A stretch of DNA of 64,000 nt from Sedimentisphaerales bacterium. GTDB taxonomy: Bacteria; Planctomycetota; Phycisphaerae; Sedimentisphaerales; SM23-30. The notes under the pieces were generated by a model, which ran no database searches, was not told the origin of the DNA, and saw only the letters and a program-made list of their open reading frames with translations. The DNA is taken from positions 224,001-288,000 of the forward strand of contig CAXXFK010000006.1 of NCBI GenBank assembly GCA_963663965.2. Direction: 5' to 3'. This document shows positions 9,042-19,664 of this stretch, piece after piece (positions within the stretch are counted from its first letter, which is position 1; each line of letters starts with the position of its first letter). The position numbers and the translations under genes are program-made.

Positions 9042-10995
9042 GAGTGATCCTGGGGGGGAGCAGCAGCCCCAGTTGGGCCAACCGTTTTTCAATGGCATGA
9101 TAGGCGGTTGGGGAGGTGGCGACGATAATGATCCGGGTGAAATGAGCCTGCAGATTTTGCCTGAGATTTTTGAGATAATCGGATTGCCCGGTTTCCACTT
9201 CCAGCGCGATGGTTTTCTGCTTTTGTTGGGCCACCAGATCCGTTCGTCCCACGGGTCGGTTCGCTTCCAGACGGACCTGATAACCCAGCTCTCGGAACCG
9301 TTGGGCATAGTACCGTTTCCAATAGGCATGGGCGATCGATTCCCGGATTTCCTGGGGGGGATCAAGGGCCAGAGCGGTTCGGGCCGACCGGGTAAGTCGC
9401 AGCAGGACAGTTCGGATCCGACCCGTCTGGATAGCCTGGCTCTCCAGCCAACCCAGGCGGAGCAATTGTTCTTTGAGTCGATTGCCAGAGCCGACCCCCA
9501 ACTTCAGCCGTCGATAGCGGGTCTTGACCCCATCATCCGGATAACGGAGAATATCCTCCAGTAGATGAAATGCTTCGGTACTGAGTGGGGTATCATAGCG
9601 TGGACTCCGTGGAACCGGAGCAAAATCGGCCGGCAGGGAGGTCTTTCGCCCGGAACCGGTTGGCTGGGACGGTTGATGTGAGCCCCGGGCCTGATGGAGG
9701 GCGAAATACCTGGCCAGCCTGGCATCGGTTACGGCGCCTTTTTGGTGTTGGAAATGAGGGAATCGGACCAGAAAAGGCTGCATCCAGCGATCCTGTAATT
9801 TGACGATGCCGGAACCGGTGGGCAGACGACTGAACCAGGATTTATCTTCCGCATCCAGCAGGCAGACCGCGGCGGCCTTATTGATATCGGCCGGGTCTTT
9901 CTGGTTCAGAAAGATGGTGGTATAGGTATTCCCCAGGGCCGCGGCAGAGAGCAGATGGGGATGCTGATCGATTACGACGATGCCGATCCCCAGCTCCCTG
10001 CACTGTCTTAGTAACATCTCGATAATGGTTTCACCGGAGGTCTGAGGATGCTTGTGCAGGATATGATGCGCCTCTTCGATAAAGATAACCAGCTTGAGTT
10101 CTTCCCGTTCGGGTTGACTGAGGCGGACATAATAAAGCCAGAGACAGAGCATCGGAATGAGAAACTTTTTGCTTTCCTGGGCCAGGGCATCCAGTTCTAC
10201 GACGGTGAAGCCATTGAGCAGTTGCCGAGTCAGTTGATCCTGACTGACTTGGTCATCGGTAGACAGGGCGGCGAATTCCAGACTCTCCAGGGCACGCAGG
10301 GCAGTCAGTTTCCAACCGGCTATGCGCCCCTTCTCCGGCAGGGCTTCCAGGTCCCTTATGAGCTCTTTCACGGTGGGACCAAGATGGCCACGGTCATACA
10401 GGGCAGCCAGTGTCTTTCGGATCAGACTGCGTGAGCCCTCTCCCAAGGTAAAGGCCTGACTCATAACATCCACTACCTGATTCACATAAACCGTGGGTTC
10501 GATTCCGGGAGGAACCATGAACGGATTAAAAGGAAAGGGGGCAATGGATCGTCCGGGGGTATATACTGCCAGACGCTGAGGAAAGTGGGGGATTAAATGA
10601 CGCACACTCCGCTTCCAGTCCAGGAACAGGACCGGAATCTTATGATCGATCAGCTGACCGAGTAAATGGAAGGAGACATTGGTCTTACCGGCGCCTGAAC
10701 GGCCCAGAATGGCCAGGTTCTGGGTCAGTTCCCGGCTGGAAATCCCTACCGGCCATTTCTCCACATCATATACTACCGTGCCTAATTGATAGGTCCCCCG
10801 GGCCTTAGCTGCCGGCGGAAGAGATAGCAGGATCTTCTGGGTAAAATCCCCTAACCGTCGATAAGCGGTATGAAGAATATGTTTGTCGAGCCGGGCCCGG
10901 GTTTCGGGGCTGGCTAGTTCCCGGGTCTGTTGCCAGATACGGGCCTGACCAGGGATCAGTGGCTGTAATATGCGAATGACTTTTTCGATTGACAT
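8977..10995 (-). CDS. HerA/FtsK-like (DUF87-type) ATPase with C-terminal HTH and restriction-endonuclease-like domain
   Basis: Walker A GRSGAGKT, LDWK, Walker B IFIEEAH, RELGIGIVVIDQHP; tail ESIAHAYWK...TDLVA...IALEVETG. Confidence 0.8.
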   Translation of the reverse strand: MSIEKVIRILQPLIPGQARIWQQTRELASPETRARLDKHILHTAYRRLGDFTQKILLSLPPAAKARGTYQLGTVVYDVEKWPVGISSRELTQNLAILGRSGAGKTNVSFHLLGQLIDHKIPVLFLDWKRSVRHLIPHFPQRLAVYTPGRSIAPFPFNPFMVPPGIEPTVYVNQVVDVMSQAFTLGEGSRSLIRKTLAALYDRGHLGPTVKELIRDLEALPEKGRIAGWKLTALRALESLEFAALSTDDQVSQDQLTRQLLNGFTVVELDALAQESKKFLIPMLCLWLYYVRLSQPEREELKLVIFIEEAHHILHKHPQTSGETIIEMLLRQCRELGIGIVVIDQHPHLLSAAALGNTYTTIFLNQKDPADINKAAAVCLLDAEDKSWFSRLPTGSGIVKLQDRWMQPFLVRFPHFQHQKGAVTDARLARYFALHQARGSHQPSQPTGSGRKTSLPADFAPVPRSPRYDTPLSTEAFHLLEDILRYPDDGVKTRYRRLKLGVGSGNRLKEQLLRLGWLESQAIQTGRIRTVLLRLTRSARTALALDPPQEIRESIAHAYWKRYYAQRFRELGYQVRLEANRPVGRTDLVAQQKQKTIALEVETGQSDYLKNLRQNLQAHFTRIIIVATSPTAYHAIEKRLAQLGLLLPPRITLIQCGESFQPECGLSDSTPEY

Positions 10996-11138
10996 GCTAT
11001 CTATTCAATGAAATTGGAGCTGGATTCATAATGTTTGAACTGATAGACTCGATAGTAGAATATTTATTGCAGTCGTTTGGATGGGAGAATGGTATCCAGA
11101 ACATTTGTGGTTACAATTCAGAATAATTTAAGTTATAG

Positions 11139-11573
11139 TTATTCCGCCTCAAAGCCTGAAAAATTTAACTGTTCGTGTTCATTAATCAGGGCAAGTAATC
11201 GGTCTTCCAGGGTTTGTTTTTTGTCCTGCCATCGTTCGGTTAATTTACGGCGTTCCTTGTCAATTTCAAAGAGCTGGCGTTTGAGTTGATCTTGGCGGGG
11301 GTGATCGTCAATTGTGAGATACCAGGGCGTACGCTGGCGCATTTGCAGACTTTCGCTCACGGTCTGGCATTCCAGATGCAAGAGATGGCGCAGTTGATCT
11401 TCCCGTAATAGATTGAGTCGTTCCAGGTGTTCGCGGGTGAGCGCAATCTCCCGACGCAGGGTAGCGGGAATGGAAGGATCCCAGGCGATACTCCGCTCAG
11501 TAGCCAGTTCCCGGGCCTTGTCTTCCAGTGTTTTTCGGATTCTTTTCATCATATGATAGTGTTGGAATTGCAT
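11139..11573 (-). CDS. Hypothetical coiled-coil protein
   Basis: 144-aa helical ORF in operon-like spacing. Confidence 0.65.
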   Translation of the reverse strand: MQFQHYHMMKRIRKTLEDKARELATERSIAWDPSIPATLRREIALTREHLERLNLLREDQLRHLLHLECQTVSESLQMRQRTPWYLTIDDHPRQDQLKRQLFEIDKERRKLTERWQDKKQTLEDRLLALINEHEQLNFSGFEAE

Positions 11574-11597
11574 CTTAATAAGATTTCGCCTGATTGT

Positions 11598-12173
11598 CTA
11601 AGACAGCTGTTCGGCTTGCCTGAGGACCTCCCGGTATTTAATGCCCATCGCCGTCAGGTCATAGTGCCAGTGTTTTTTGCGGTGGATTCGGATCCGTTGC
11701 GCCAGACCACGGGCCACAAACAGCTTGACAATATCCCGAATGTTATTGGCGCTGATTTTAAGCCGGGATTGGCTTTGGCGCAGGATCCGTTTGAGTTCCG
11801 CCGGTTGCAATGGGTAAGTCAGGTATCGTAAGACAGCCGATCGATGCCTGAAACAGAGCCAGCCGTACAACGGCCAGTTCAGATCCGGCAGAGGGGAGAT
11901 TGGCGGCCAGGGTGGAACGGTTTTCGCCAAGATCCGATAGAGTCGTTGACCGGCAGCGGTGAGATAATAAACCCGGCTGGTCTGGGCGGACGGGTTCAGG
12001 CAATGAATCAGTTTTCTGCCGGCCAATTGGCTGAGGATATGACTGCATGTGGGCGCCGACAGTTGGGTGACCCGACTGATTTGGCGGGCTGTGCGCGGGT
12101 GGACCAGGGCGCGCAGAACCTGTCGGTAAGGGTATCGATCTTGCAGCCATTGGATGGTTGGTCGGGATGTCAT
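11598..12173 (-). CDS. Tandem winged-helix DNA-binding protein
   Basis: Two MarR-like wHTH repeats ending YYLTAAGQRL and YDLTAMGIKY. Confidence 0.7.
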   Translation of the reverse strand: MTSRPTIQWLQDRYPYRQVLRALVHPRTARQISRVTQLSAPTCSHILSQLAGRKLIHCLNPSAQTSRVYYLTAAGQRLYRILAKTVPPWPPISPLPDLNWPLYGWLCFRHRSAVLRYLTYPLQPAELKRILRQSQSRLKISANNIRDIVKLFVARGLAQRIRIHRKKHWHYDLTAMGIKYREVLRQAEQLS

Positions 12174-12341
12174 GGTATCGCTAGTAAAAGAGTACCACTT
12201 TAAAAGGGTACTATCACTTGAAAGTGATAACGATATCCCCCTTTATAAATCTTACGGTTGATGGTCCCATGCCATTGATGGCACACCGGGTATGATATGA
12301 ATCAGTTCAAAGTAATTTAAACCAGAAAATCTGGTTCAGTC

Positions 12342-12542
12342 ATGAAAGCCAGATATCAATGCAGTAACTGTATGCGGGAGTTGGATATTGGGGTTGACGC
12401 CTTTGAGGTCCAGGAAGGAGTCATTGGCATGAAAGGATTCGTACCGTTGGAAAAACGGCTCGTGTTCTGCTGCGAAAAATGTCTGCGGGAATATTTCGAT
12501 CTGGGCGATCTGCCCAAGGTGCCCGAACGAATACCGCGCTAG
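12342..12542 (+). CDS. Small zinc-finger protein
   Basis: CSNC...FCCEKC, 66 aa. Confidence 0.6.
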   Translation: MKARYQCSNCMRELDIGVDAFEVQEGVIGMKGFVPLEKRLVFCCEKCLREYFDLGDLPKVPERIPR

Positions 12543-12651
12543 ATTGAAACCGCTACTGAGAAACGGATTGAGTAATCAAAACATGATTTGCGGTGAGCGC
12601 GTTTGTTGATTGGAATTCATCGCTTTAAAAAGTCTATTTTAATTCCAAAGG

Positions 12652-13908
12652 TTAACGGTGTTCTTTACGCTGACGATGAGGGCGCTTCGAAGTCACTGCA
12701 GAATGGTCACGCAGAAAAGATTCCACTTTACGGGTCAGTTTCAGGCTGAGCTGGGTCAACTGTTGATTGGATTTTTCCAGATCGTCGATTTTCTCTTTAT
12801 AGTGATTGAAATCAGCCGCGGCGATCTGGCGCTGCTGGGACAGCGCAAAATTACAGAAACCACACACCTCGGCATCCCAGGGATTGCTCTTGCGGCAGTG
12901 TGGACAGGTCTGTGGTTTTTTTTGCAGTTCATAGGATTTGTCCTCAGCGGGGCGGGTCTGGCCGGCGTAATTCAGTTGCATCTCCTTGATATCGTCACCG
13001 CCGTAATGCTGGTATTCCCCGATAATGGTACTGGATTGGGTATGGCCGGCGAATTTCTTCAGAACCGCTTCAGAGACCTGGGGATTTTTTCCCATACGCG
13101 TCAGGGTGGCATGGCGCAGGACATAAGCGGAGAATTTGTTCTTCCATCCCAGTTTGTGTTTCAGGCGCTTGAACAATTTGGTGATCGTATCTTTGCGAAT
13201 CGGCATTGTCGGATCATCTTTGGCACAGAAGACATAATTGTCATCGTGCCGTTGACCCGGATAGCCCTTCATCCAATCCAATAGGTAAGGCTCGGAAAAG
13301 ATCACCCGAATGGGCCGATAGTCGACGGCGCCTGATTTTTTGGCAGTATAGATCCGGAAAAAGTAGCCGTGTGGATCTTTTTTCAGATTTTTCCATTGCA
13401 GCCGACGCAGTTCGATGGGGCGGGCGCCGGCATCCAGACCCTGATAGGCCAGAAAAAATTTATCGCGTGGATGAGGACAGAGTTTGATAGCGCGGTGTAA
13501 AACCTCTTCATCCGGCATCTCTTCCGGCAGCCGTAACCGGCCCCGGCCGCTGGGACGTTTCATCCCGCGTACCACAGCAGGAAACTCTTCATCATTACCA
13601 AACCAGTGTTTAAAGCCCTGCCGGATATGCAGATACTCATCCTGCTTGGTCTTGACGGCCAGCGGAGAGGCCAGAATAATATTCCAGGCCCGGGTAATAT
13701 CCTGTTTGGTGGCCCGGTCGAAATCCAGTTCCAGCAAATCGGCGAATTTGACCAGGGAATTAGAGAGCTTTTCCAGACGCTGATCACAGACCGAACCTTT
13801 TTTGTAGGTGAGCCATTCTTCAATCAGAACCCTGTTGCGGGGAGAAAGGCGATGCCATAGCTCGCGCAGGGATGTTCCATGGGATAGGCGGCCATAAGTG
13901 GATTTCAT
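12652..13908 (-). CDS. Tyrosine recombinase/integrase with C-terminal zinc ribbon and coiled coil
   Basis: GARPIE, YVLRH, AGH, EYQH catalytic set; CPHC...CGFC tail. Confidence 0.9.
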   Translation of the reverse strand: MKSTYGRLSHGTSLRELWHRLSPRNRVLIEEWLTYKKGSVCDQRLEKLSNSLVKFADLLELDFDRATKQDITRAWNIILASPLAVKTKQDEYLHIRQGFKHWFGNDEEFPAVVRGMKRPSGRGRLRLPEEMPDEEVLHRAIKLCPHPRDKFFLAYQGLDAGARPIELRRLQWKNLKKDPHGYFFRIYTAKKSGAVDYRPIRVIFSEPYLLDWMKGYPGQRHDDNYVFCAKDDPTMPIRKDTITKLFKRLKHKLGWKNKFSAYVLRHATLTRMGKNPQVSEAVLKKFAGHTQSSTIIGEYQHYGGDDIKEMQLNYAGQTRPAEDKSYELQKKPQTCPHCRKSNPWDAEVCGFCNFALSQQRQIAAADFNHYKEKIDDLEKSNQQLTQLSLKLTRKVESFLRDHSAVTSKRPHRQRKEHR

Positions 13909-14800
13909 AACGATTAGATGAATCGGAAATATTTAAATCTTTCGGACCGTCGGCGTGTTGACAGGACGACGTTGCCAATGTCTCAGCGGGAAATCCGCGA
14001 CGTTCCCCAGGATAGCTAAAAATAATTATCACTTGTCAATCTGAGCTGGAGGGTATTCTCAGGCACAACTGGAGAGTGCATAAGTACGGTTATGCATTTG
14101 TTGACTTGAAGTAAATTTGATATAATTCCAGGTTACTGGAAAGGCGCTTTCGGGATCTATCAGGTACTGGCAGGCCCTGGTCAGGCCGATAAAATGGGTA
14201 AAGATGGGTGGCGAAAGTGATATTTCAACGATAGCCGGCAATGTTGGGCCGGGGCGGATTTTGATTGCATGAAGGAGGTTAATATGTTAAAATATTTTAT
14301 ATCTGGGCCTGTTAAGGCAATGGTTCGGGCTCAGTGAGTTCTGGATTTGTATTTTAATTATATGACGCAGTAGTAAGGCTTCGGCCGAAGAGCGTGTTTT
14401 TAGCTGTTTGCTGTTACGGTCGCCGAGCCGGGGGCGCCATGCCTGTGATGCCACGAGAATGATGATGGCGACTGGAGCCTTTGGGAAGGAGGTTGATATA
14501 TTTATAATGTGGATACAGTTAAAAGATAAATATTGGGGCCCGGAATAAAGTGTGGTACGCAGCTGACAAAGCGATGTCAAATCGGAAAATGACGATGGCT
14601 GCAAGGAAAAATGTATGCGATGGTATTGTATACAGGCGGAGTTGCTGTTACGAAAAATATCGCTGCGCCAGGAGTTACCCGACCATCGATAGTATTCTGA
14701 ATCAGGCTTATAATGCATTAGAACTGGCATTTAGAGCAAAATTGCCGCAGGACAATAGTCAAATAATATATACAAAGAAACTCTATAAAAGGGGTAAATT

Positions 14801-15805
14801 ATGAAACGTTTTATGTTTGTTATTGTCGGTTTGTTGATTAGTGGTTATTGTTTTGGGGAGATTAAGGATATAGGGAGTTTTGAGTATTTTGTCGATAAGA
14901 GCGGGAAGTACAATAATAGTGTTTGGAGTAGCGGTTTGGAAGGGCTTTTAATTAAGGATGAAGACGGTAGCCTTTTTTCTCCTGAAGTTCCAGTCTATGT
15001 AGCTTTCTGGTTAATAGATGAGGAGCACTATGAGATAATAGGTTATGGGGGAAACCCTTATTGGGATTATGAAGGATATGGAGGATATCTAAGGTGCTAT
15101 TGGTTTGGTGATGAATCTTATACTGGTCTTAAACCGACAGAGGTTTGGATTTATGTAGATACTTCAGGTGATGGGCTTTGGTATGACACGAACACTTACG
15201 AATTGATTTATGGTGAGGGGGATTATTTGGTAAAATCTTCTAATATTCGCATTGAGGGCGTTTTGGGCGGATTGGATTTTCTTCCTGTTTTTGATTATCA
15301 TCGTGTTGGCGGAGTTGAACTTCCAGATATGGTCATTGACATGAATCCTGAGGAATTGCCGCGGGTTTCGGTTATTAGTGACTGGGAAGGTTTTTCGTGG
15401 CTGGATGAGTCGGGCCATAGAGCGATTATACTAAGTGGAGAGTTCAGTCATGACCCCAATAATCCGGACTTTGTCTATTCGTGGGAGGCCTTTGGTAATA
15501 ACGGGGATTACTCGATCGAACTGGGCGCGATGGACGGGCTTGGTTGCCGGGCGGTTATTCGCGGCGCTGTTCCTGAACCAGAGATGGTTGACCTTACCTT
15601 CCGATTGAAGGTGTCCGGTCCGAATATCAAAGTCCTTTTGGGGGAGATTTCTTTGACTCTTTATGGGGACGCTTGTCTGGCGGCCAAAGCGCAGGTGGGC
15701 TATGTCGCGCCCATATCCGATTTCAACTCGGATTGTGTGGTCAATCTGGAGGATTATGTGGTTATGCTAGGGGAATGGATGATGGATTTGAGGTGCAAGG
15801 AATGA
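14801..15805 (+). CDS. Secreted protein with dockerin-like C-terminal motif
   Basis: Signal peptide MKRFMFVIVGLLISGYCFG; C-terminus SDFNSDCVVNLEDYVVMLGEW. Confidence 0.75.
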   Translation: MKRFMFVIVGLLISGYCFGEIKDIGSFEYFVDKSGKYNNSVWSSGLEGLLIKDEDGSLFSPEVPVYVAFWLIDEEHYEIIGYGGNPYWDYEGYGGYLRCYWFGDESYTGLKPTEVWIYVDTSGDGLWYDTNTYELIYGEGDYLVKSSNIRIEGVLGGLDFLPVFDYHRVGGVELPDMVIDMNPEELPRVSVISDWEGFSWLDESGHRAIILSGEFSHDPNNPDFVYSWEAFGNNGDYSIELGAMDGLGCRAVIRGAVPEPEMVDLTFRLKVSGPNIKVLLGEISLTLYGDACLAAKAQVGYVAPISDFNSDCVVNLEDYVVMLGEWMMDLRCKE

Positions 15806-15982
15806 AGATATGGCCCTTTTGAAACGAATTTCAAACGAGCTTTTCATTTTTTTAAGGTTTTGGTTATTGGATTATCATATTTGATACCGTCACTATCGAC
15901 ATCTGGTAAGAATGATCGATATGAAGAAAAAATGAAGGCCAGTATTCTCATATTGACCTTCACGAATACGATCATCGTTGGA

Positions 15983-16633
15983 TCAGTTGACGGTCATTTC
16001 ACAGGCCAGCAGATTAAGTTGCAGATCCCGATCCACAGGTATACCGCGTAAATAATGGGTATACTGACTCAGCATGAAACCGGCCGCGATATTAGCGCAG
16101 AAAATGGTTGATTTGGCAGTACACGGCCCGGCCTGAGCCTCGGAGGCGGCAAAAAAAGTCTGGGGATAATACGTACGGCTGACCGGATCACACGCAGTAA
16201 TCACCCGTAAGACCTCCGCGCTCATGCGGCCGTCACAGAAGAACAATACCTTATCCTGCACCATCGGCCAGATGCGGGCCCGGGTCTCGATCTTGTCCAC
16301 GCAGCAGAACACGGCCTGGCTGCAATTCACCGTCCGCCGAAACCGGTCGGGAACCGCATCGATTTGAATCTCCGGATTCATCCGCCGGCAGAAGGCAGCG
16401 GTTGCATCGATCTTGAGCCGGCCCAGATCATCTTGAAAATAACCCTGGGTGGCCAGATTACTGATCTCCACAGTATCAAAGTCGACTAACTGCAACTGTG
16501 TTACACCAATCGCTGTCAACTGGATCGCCACCTGCCGGCCGATCGCTCCCACACCGATCACCGTGACAGCATAGTCCCGCAACCGTTCAGCCGGGATAAT
16601 ATCCGCCTGACGGGAATACCGTTCATTATTCAT
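15983..16633 (-). CDS. ThiF/MoeB family adenylyltransferase (E1-like)
   Basis: RYSRQ, VIGVGAIG, DFDTVEISNL, CVD, DGRM, PC. Confidence 0.9.
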   Translation of the reverse strand: MNNERYSRQADIIPAERLRDYAVTVIGVGAIGRQVAIQLTAIGVTQLQLVDFDTVEISNLATQGYFQDDLGRLKIDATAAFCRRMNPEIQIDAVPDRFRRTVNCSQAVFCCVDKIETRARIWPMVQDKVLFFCDGRMSAEVLRVITACDPVSRTYYPQTFFAASEAQAGPCTAKSTIFCANIAAGFMLSQYTHYLRGIPVDRDLQLNLLACEMTVN

Positions 16634-17356
16634 AGCGCACCTCACTTCCGGATTCATACCAGTAATTTTCATATAACAGTTCATCCAGTAACGCCTGACG
16701 ATCACTATTCTCCAGCCGTTGAATCTGATTATAAATCTCCTGCGGACTCAGTGATTCACATTGGGAAGATTCCTCGGTATAACAACTCGATGACTGGCTG
16801 GAATTGTGTCTTCGCAAGGTCAGCTCGGGAATAACCTTCGCCTGATACTCCTGCTGCCACTGGTTATGATCGGTAGCAGGGAATTCCTGTTCATAATCAA
16901 CCACCATCGGCATTAATATCGCACCTCCCGGTCCGGCCTGAAACTGTAACCGGGCATAATGACTGCCATCCCGGGCCAGGATGCCCATCACTGACCAGTC
17001 GCACTGGCCAAAGACCCGTTTAAAGGTCTCTTCATCTACACTGCTTGGTTCCGGACAGTTGCCCGGATGGGTGTGCAGCCAGATTCTCGCGAACTGCTGG
17101 GGCTCCGCGGCCCAGTTCCACCTGGTCCTCGAAGAAGTCCGCGACTGCCATATCATCCAATGCAACGGTGATAGAGCTGACCTGCTGTTTGATCAGGGCG
17201 ATATCATGCACCAGCAGCAGATCCTCCCGCTCGGTAAGGCCAAAACCCGCTGACTTCATCATCGCTGAGATCGCGAAAATAACACAATTTCGACCAGGCA
17301 TAAGGGGTAAAGCGTAAGGGAATTTGATGGAATGAATTAGGATTGCGCGATTTCAT
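16626..17356 (-). CDS. JAB/MPN-domain metalloprotease (two apparent frameshifts)
   Basis: DEVSGF...WLHTHPGNCPEPSSVD JAMM motif; frames join near 17245 and 17110. Confidence 0.8.
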
Positions 17357-18327
17357 GGCTGACCTCCTTTCGTTGCTTGAGACATTCCTGACAAAGACCC
17401 TCGGAATCCACACAACTGCGACCAAAGGTGTCGCCGCAGTCAGGGCAGGTGACCGTGCAATTATGACAGGCAATTTCCTGACAGGCGGTGCATTCGGTAG
17501 AACAATCATGACAGACCGTGGTTTCGCAATGGGTGCAATAGGTGCTGCATTCCCGGCAATAGTCCCGTTCACAACACTCACAGGTATAAATATCATCCAG
17601 TCCTATCGACGTCCCGCAATCTTCACAACTGGCCCCATCCCAGTCATCCAGCGAAACAAAGGGACTCTGGGGATTGTAGGTGTGCAGCAGACTGTTGACG
17701 GTCAGGAAAAAATCGGCGATGCGCCCCTGTTTCAGGGCCTGACGTACCTGGACATAACCTTCCCCTTCACAGAGCTGGTCATGGGAGACATGGGGATGGG
17801 TGACATTGCAATCAGTGCCGGCCGGACAGGGATGGATGGCCACGCAGCGATAGGGAATATCCCGATCGGTAGCATGGATGGCGTTGATCCGCAAAGTGAT
17901 CTCAAAAGGGCCAAAATTAAACTCTTCCAGCTGGATGGAGTCGGTAATAACGGTTATCAGGGAATCCGCCGGTTGGAAGCGGACCTCCTCGAATTCCTGC
18001 GGCAATTGCAGCAGATCCAGGGTGATCTCGCGCAGGGTTGGGATGGTGTCATACTTCGGCATCTGACGGATCAGACTTTCCAGTTGATAACTCAGGACCG
18101 CCAGGGTCTGCCGGGTACGCAGCTGGATGCAAGTGGCCGCCAGTGCCCAGTGGTGTTGCTGCGCCTTTTGCCAGAGCCGGCAGTCCCCGTTCCAGGGTAT
18201 GATAGTGTTGCAGACAGGCAGCAATTTGCTGCTGCTGTTGCTGGTCCCGGGCATCCTGCCAGGTGAGTATCTGGTTACGATACTGACAGGCAATCCGCCA
18301 GAGTGTTTTGGGAGTTGGTTTAGACAT
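17337..18327 (-). CDS. Prokaryotic E2/UBC-like protein with Cys-rich zinc-finger tail (frameshift near 18185)
   Basis: HPHVSHDQLCEGEG resembles the UBC HPN...C site; about nine CxxC pairs at the C-terminus; AAGGAG RBS before ATG 18327. Confidence 0.7.
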
Positions 18328-18409
18328 AATAAATTCTCCTTGAAAATAAGAGGTATTTAGAAAAACAGGCCCTTCAACCACGCAGTCAAAGGCCTGAGCC
18401 ATCATACGA

Positions 18410-18637
18410 TTAATGCGCGCCTTCAATTTTCAGCGGGGTTATCGTTACCCGGTCATTCTCCTGCAGGACATAATCGCGCGGGACCGGTTGACGGTTGACT
18501 CGAATCAGGTAATCTTCGGGGGCATCGTTGGGCATCTGCCGATCGAAAAACTTCAGGATCGTCATGTTAGCTTGAACTTGAATGTAATCAGCAAAACCAG
18601 AGCCGTTATTGTTGATAAATAGAATCTGCATGGTCAT
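18410..18637 (-). CDS. Ubiquitin-like beta-grasp (MoaD/ThiS-like) protein
   Basis: 75 aa, YLIRVNRQPV..DYVLQENDRVTITPLKIEGAH; first gene of the cassette. Confidence 0.8.
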   Translation of the reverse strand: MTMQILFINNNGSGFADYIQVQANMTILKFFDRQMPNDAPEDYLIRVNRQPVPRDYVLQENDRVTITPLKIEGAH

Positions 18638-18773
18638 AATCCTTTCATGATTAAGGGTAATTAGTTATCAGATGGTGCGAATCGTTTAGTATAAAATGGC
18701 ATATGATAAGCCTGATCAAGGCGGAGAGTGGTTGGTTGATATGGTGGAAATTTCTTTCTGATTAATGATGAAT

Positions 18774-19584
18774 TCAACCGGTATCATAAAATGTATTGGC
18801 AGGTTCACGGCGAGCGAGGATCAGTTCCAAGACCTGACCGACAGTATGGAGAACCGCCAGACAGGCCCGTTCAATGGTCTTTTTTGATTTAGCGGCATAC
18901 CCTTTGACATACTCATAGGAAAATCCCAGGTTGACTTCCGGACAATACAGGCTGGCCAACGTTGCCGCAGTCAGTTCAGCAATGATCTCCTGACTGGGTA
19001 CCTGACCGCCTTGCAATTGGCCTTCGATTCGTTCGTGAGCGGCATGGGCCAGTTCGTGAAAAAAATACTTGGGCGCTATGAGTAGCCAGGACGATGCGGT
19101 TGGTATTACCCTGGTAGTAGCCGTAATAGCGGCTGGCAAAGGTTTGGTAACTGACCGACAATCCCAACCGTTCAGCAACTTCTATCAACGGTGGTGGTGT
19201 AACCGGTTCGTAAGGCAGGGGTTCGCCATCGGTATCTTCCACCCGAAAGACCGCAATGGCATGGAATCCCGTGATAATCACTTTTTCCACTTCACGGTCA
19301 TTCTCATCACGGTCTCGGATCACCCGGGTATTGGAACCCAGGATGCAAAATGCCTTGGCTCCTTTTTTGACTTTACGACCCGCGGTCTGCCATTGACGGA
19401 AGCCCCGGGCATCGGAGGTATCCGCTAAAAACTGCAATATCCGGTTGCCGATACTCCATTGGGCCGAAGGGATATCACACCGCGGCGGGATCGTTACCAC
19501 GGCCAATGCCTTGGGAACAGTACCTGACTGGAAAAGTTTGACGATCTGTCGCAGACAGGCTTTAGCTTTTTCGGAATCATTCAT
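18774..19584 (-). CDS. ArdC-like antirestriction protein (frameshift in A run near 19060)
   Basis: ARGFRQWQTAGRKVKKGAKA ssDNA-binding motif, VFRVEDTDG, HELAHAAH and EIIAE metallopeptidase-like motifs. Confidence 0.8.
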
Positions 19585-19603
19585 AGGTATCACCTCATTT
19601 CAT

Positions 19604-19645
19604 AAAAAAAGGCATCTGATTGCCGGGATAAACAATCAGATGCCG
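19604..19645 (-). terminator. Rho-independent terminator
   Basis: GGCATCTGATTG...CAATCAGATGCC stem with T7 on the minus strand. Confidence 0.65.
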
Positions 19646-19664
19646 GAGTTAGTATTACTACCAG

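Noticed and set aside
14550..14804. 84-aa ORF
   Set aside because: No RBS or recognisable motif.
17343..18266. 307-aa plus-strand ORF
   Set aside because: Antisense to the E2-like gene; no motifs.
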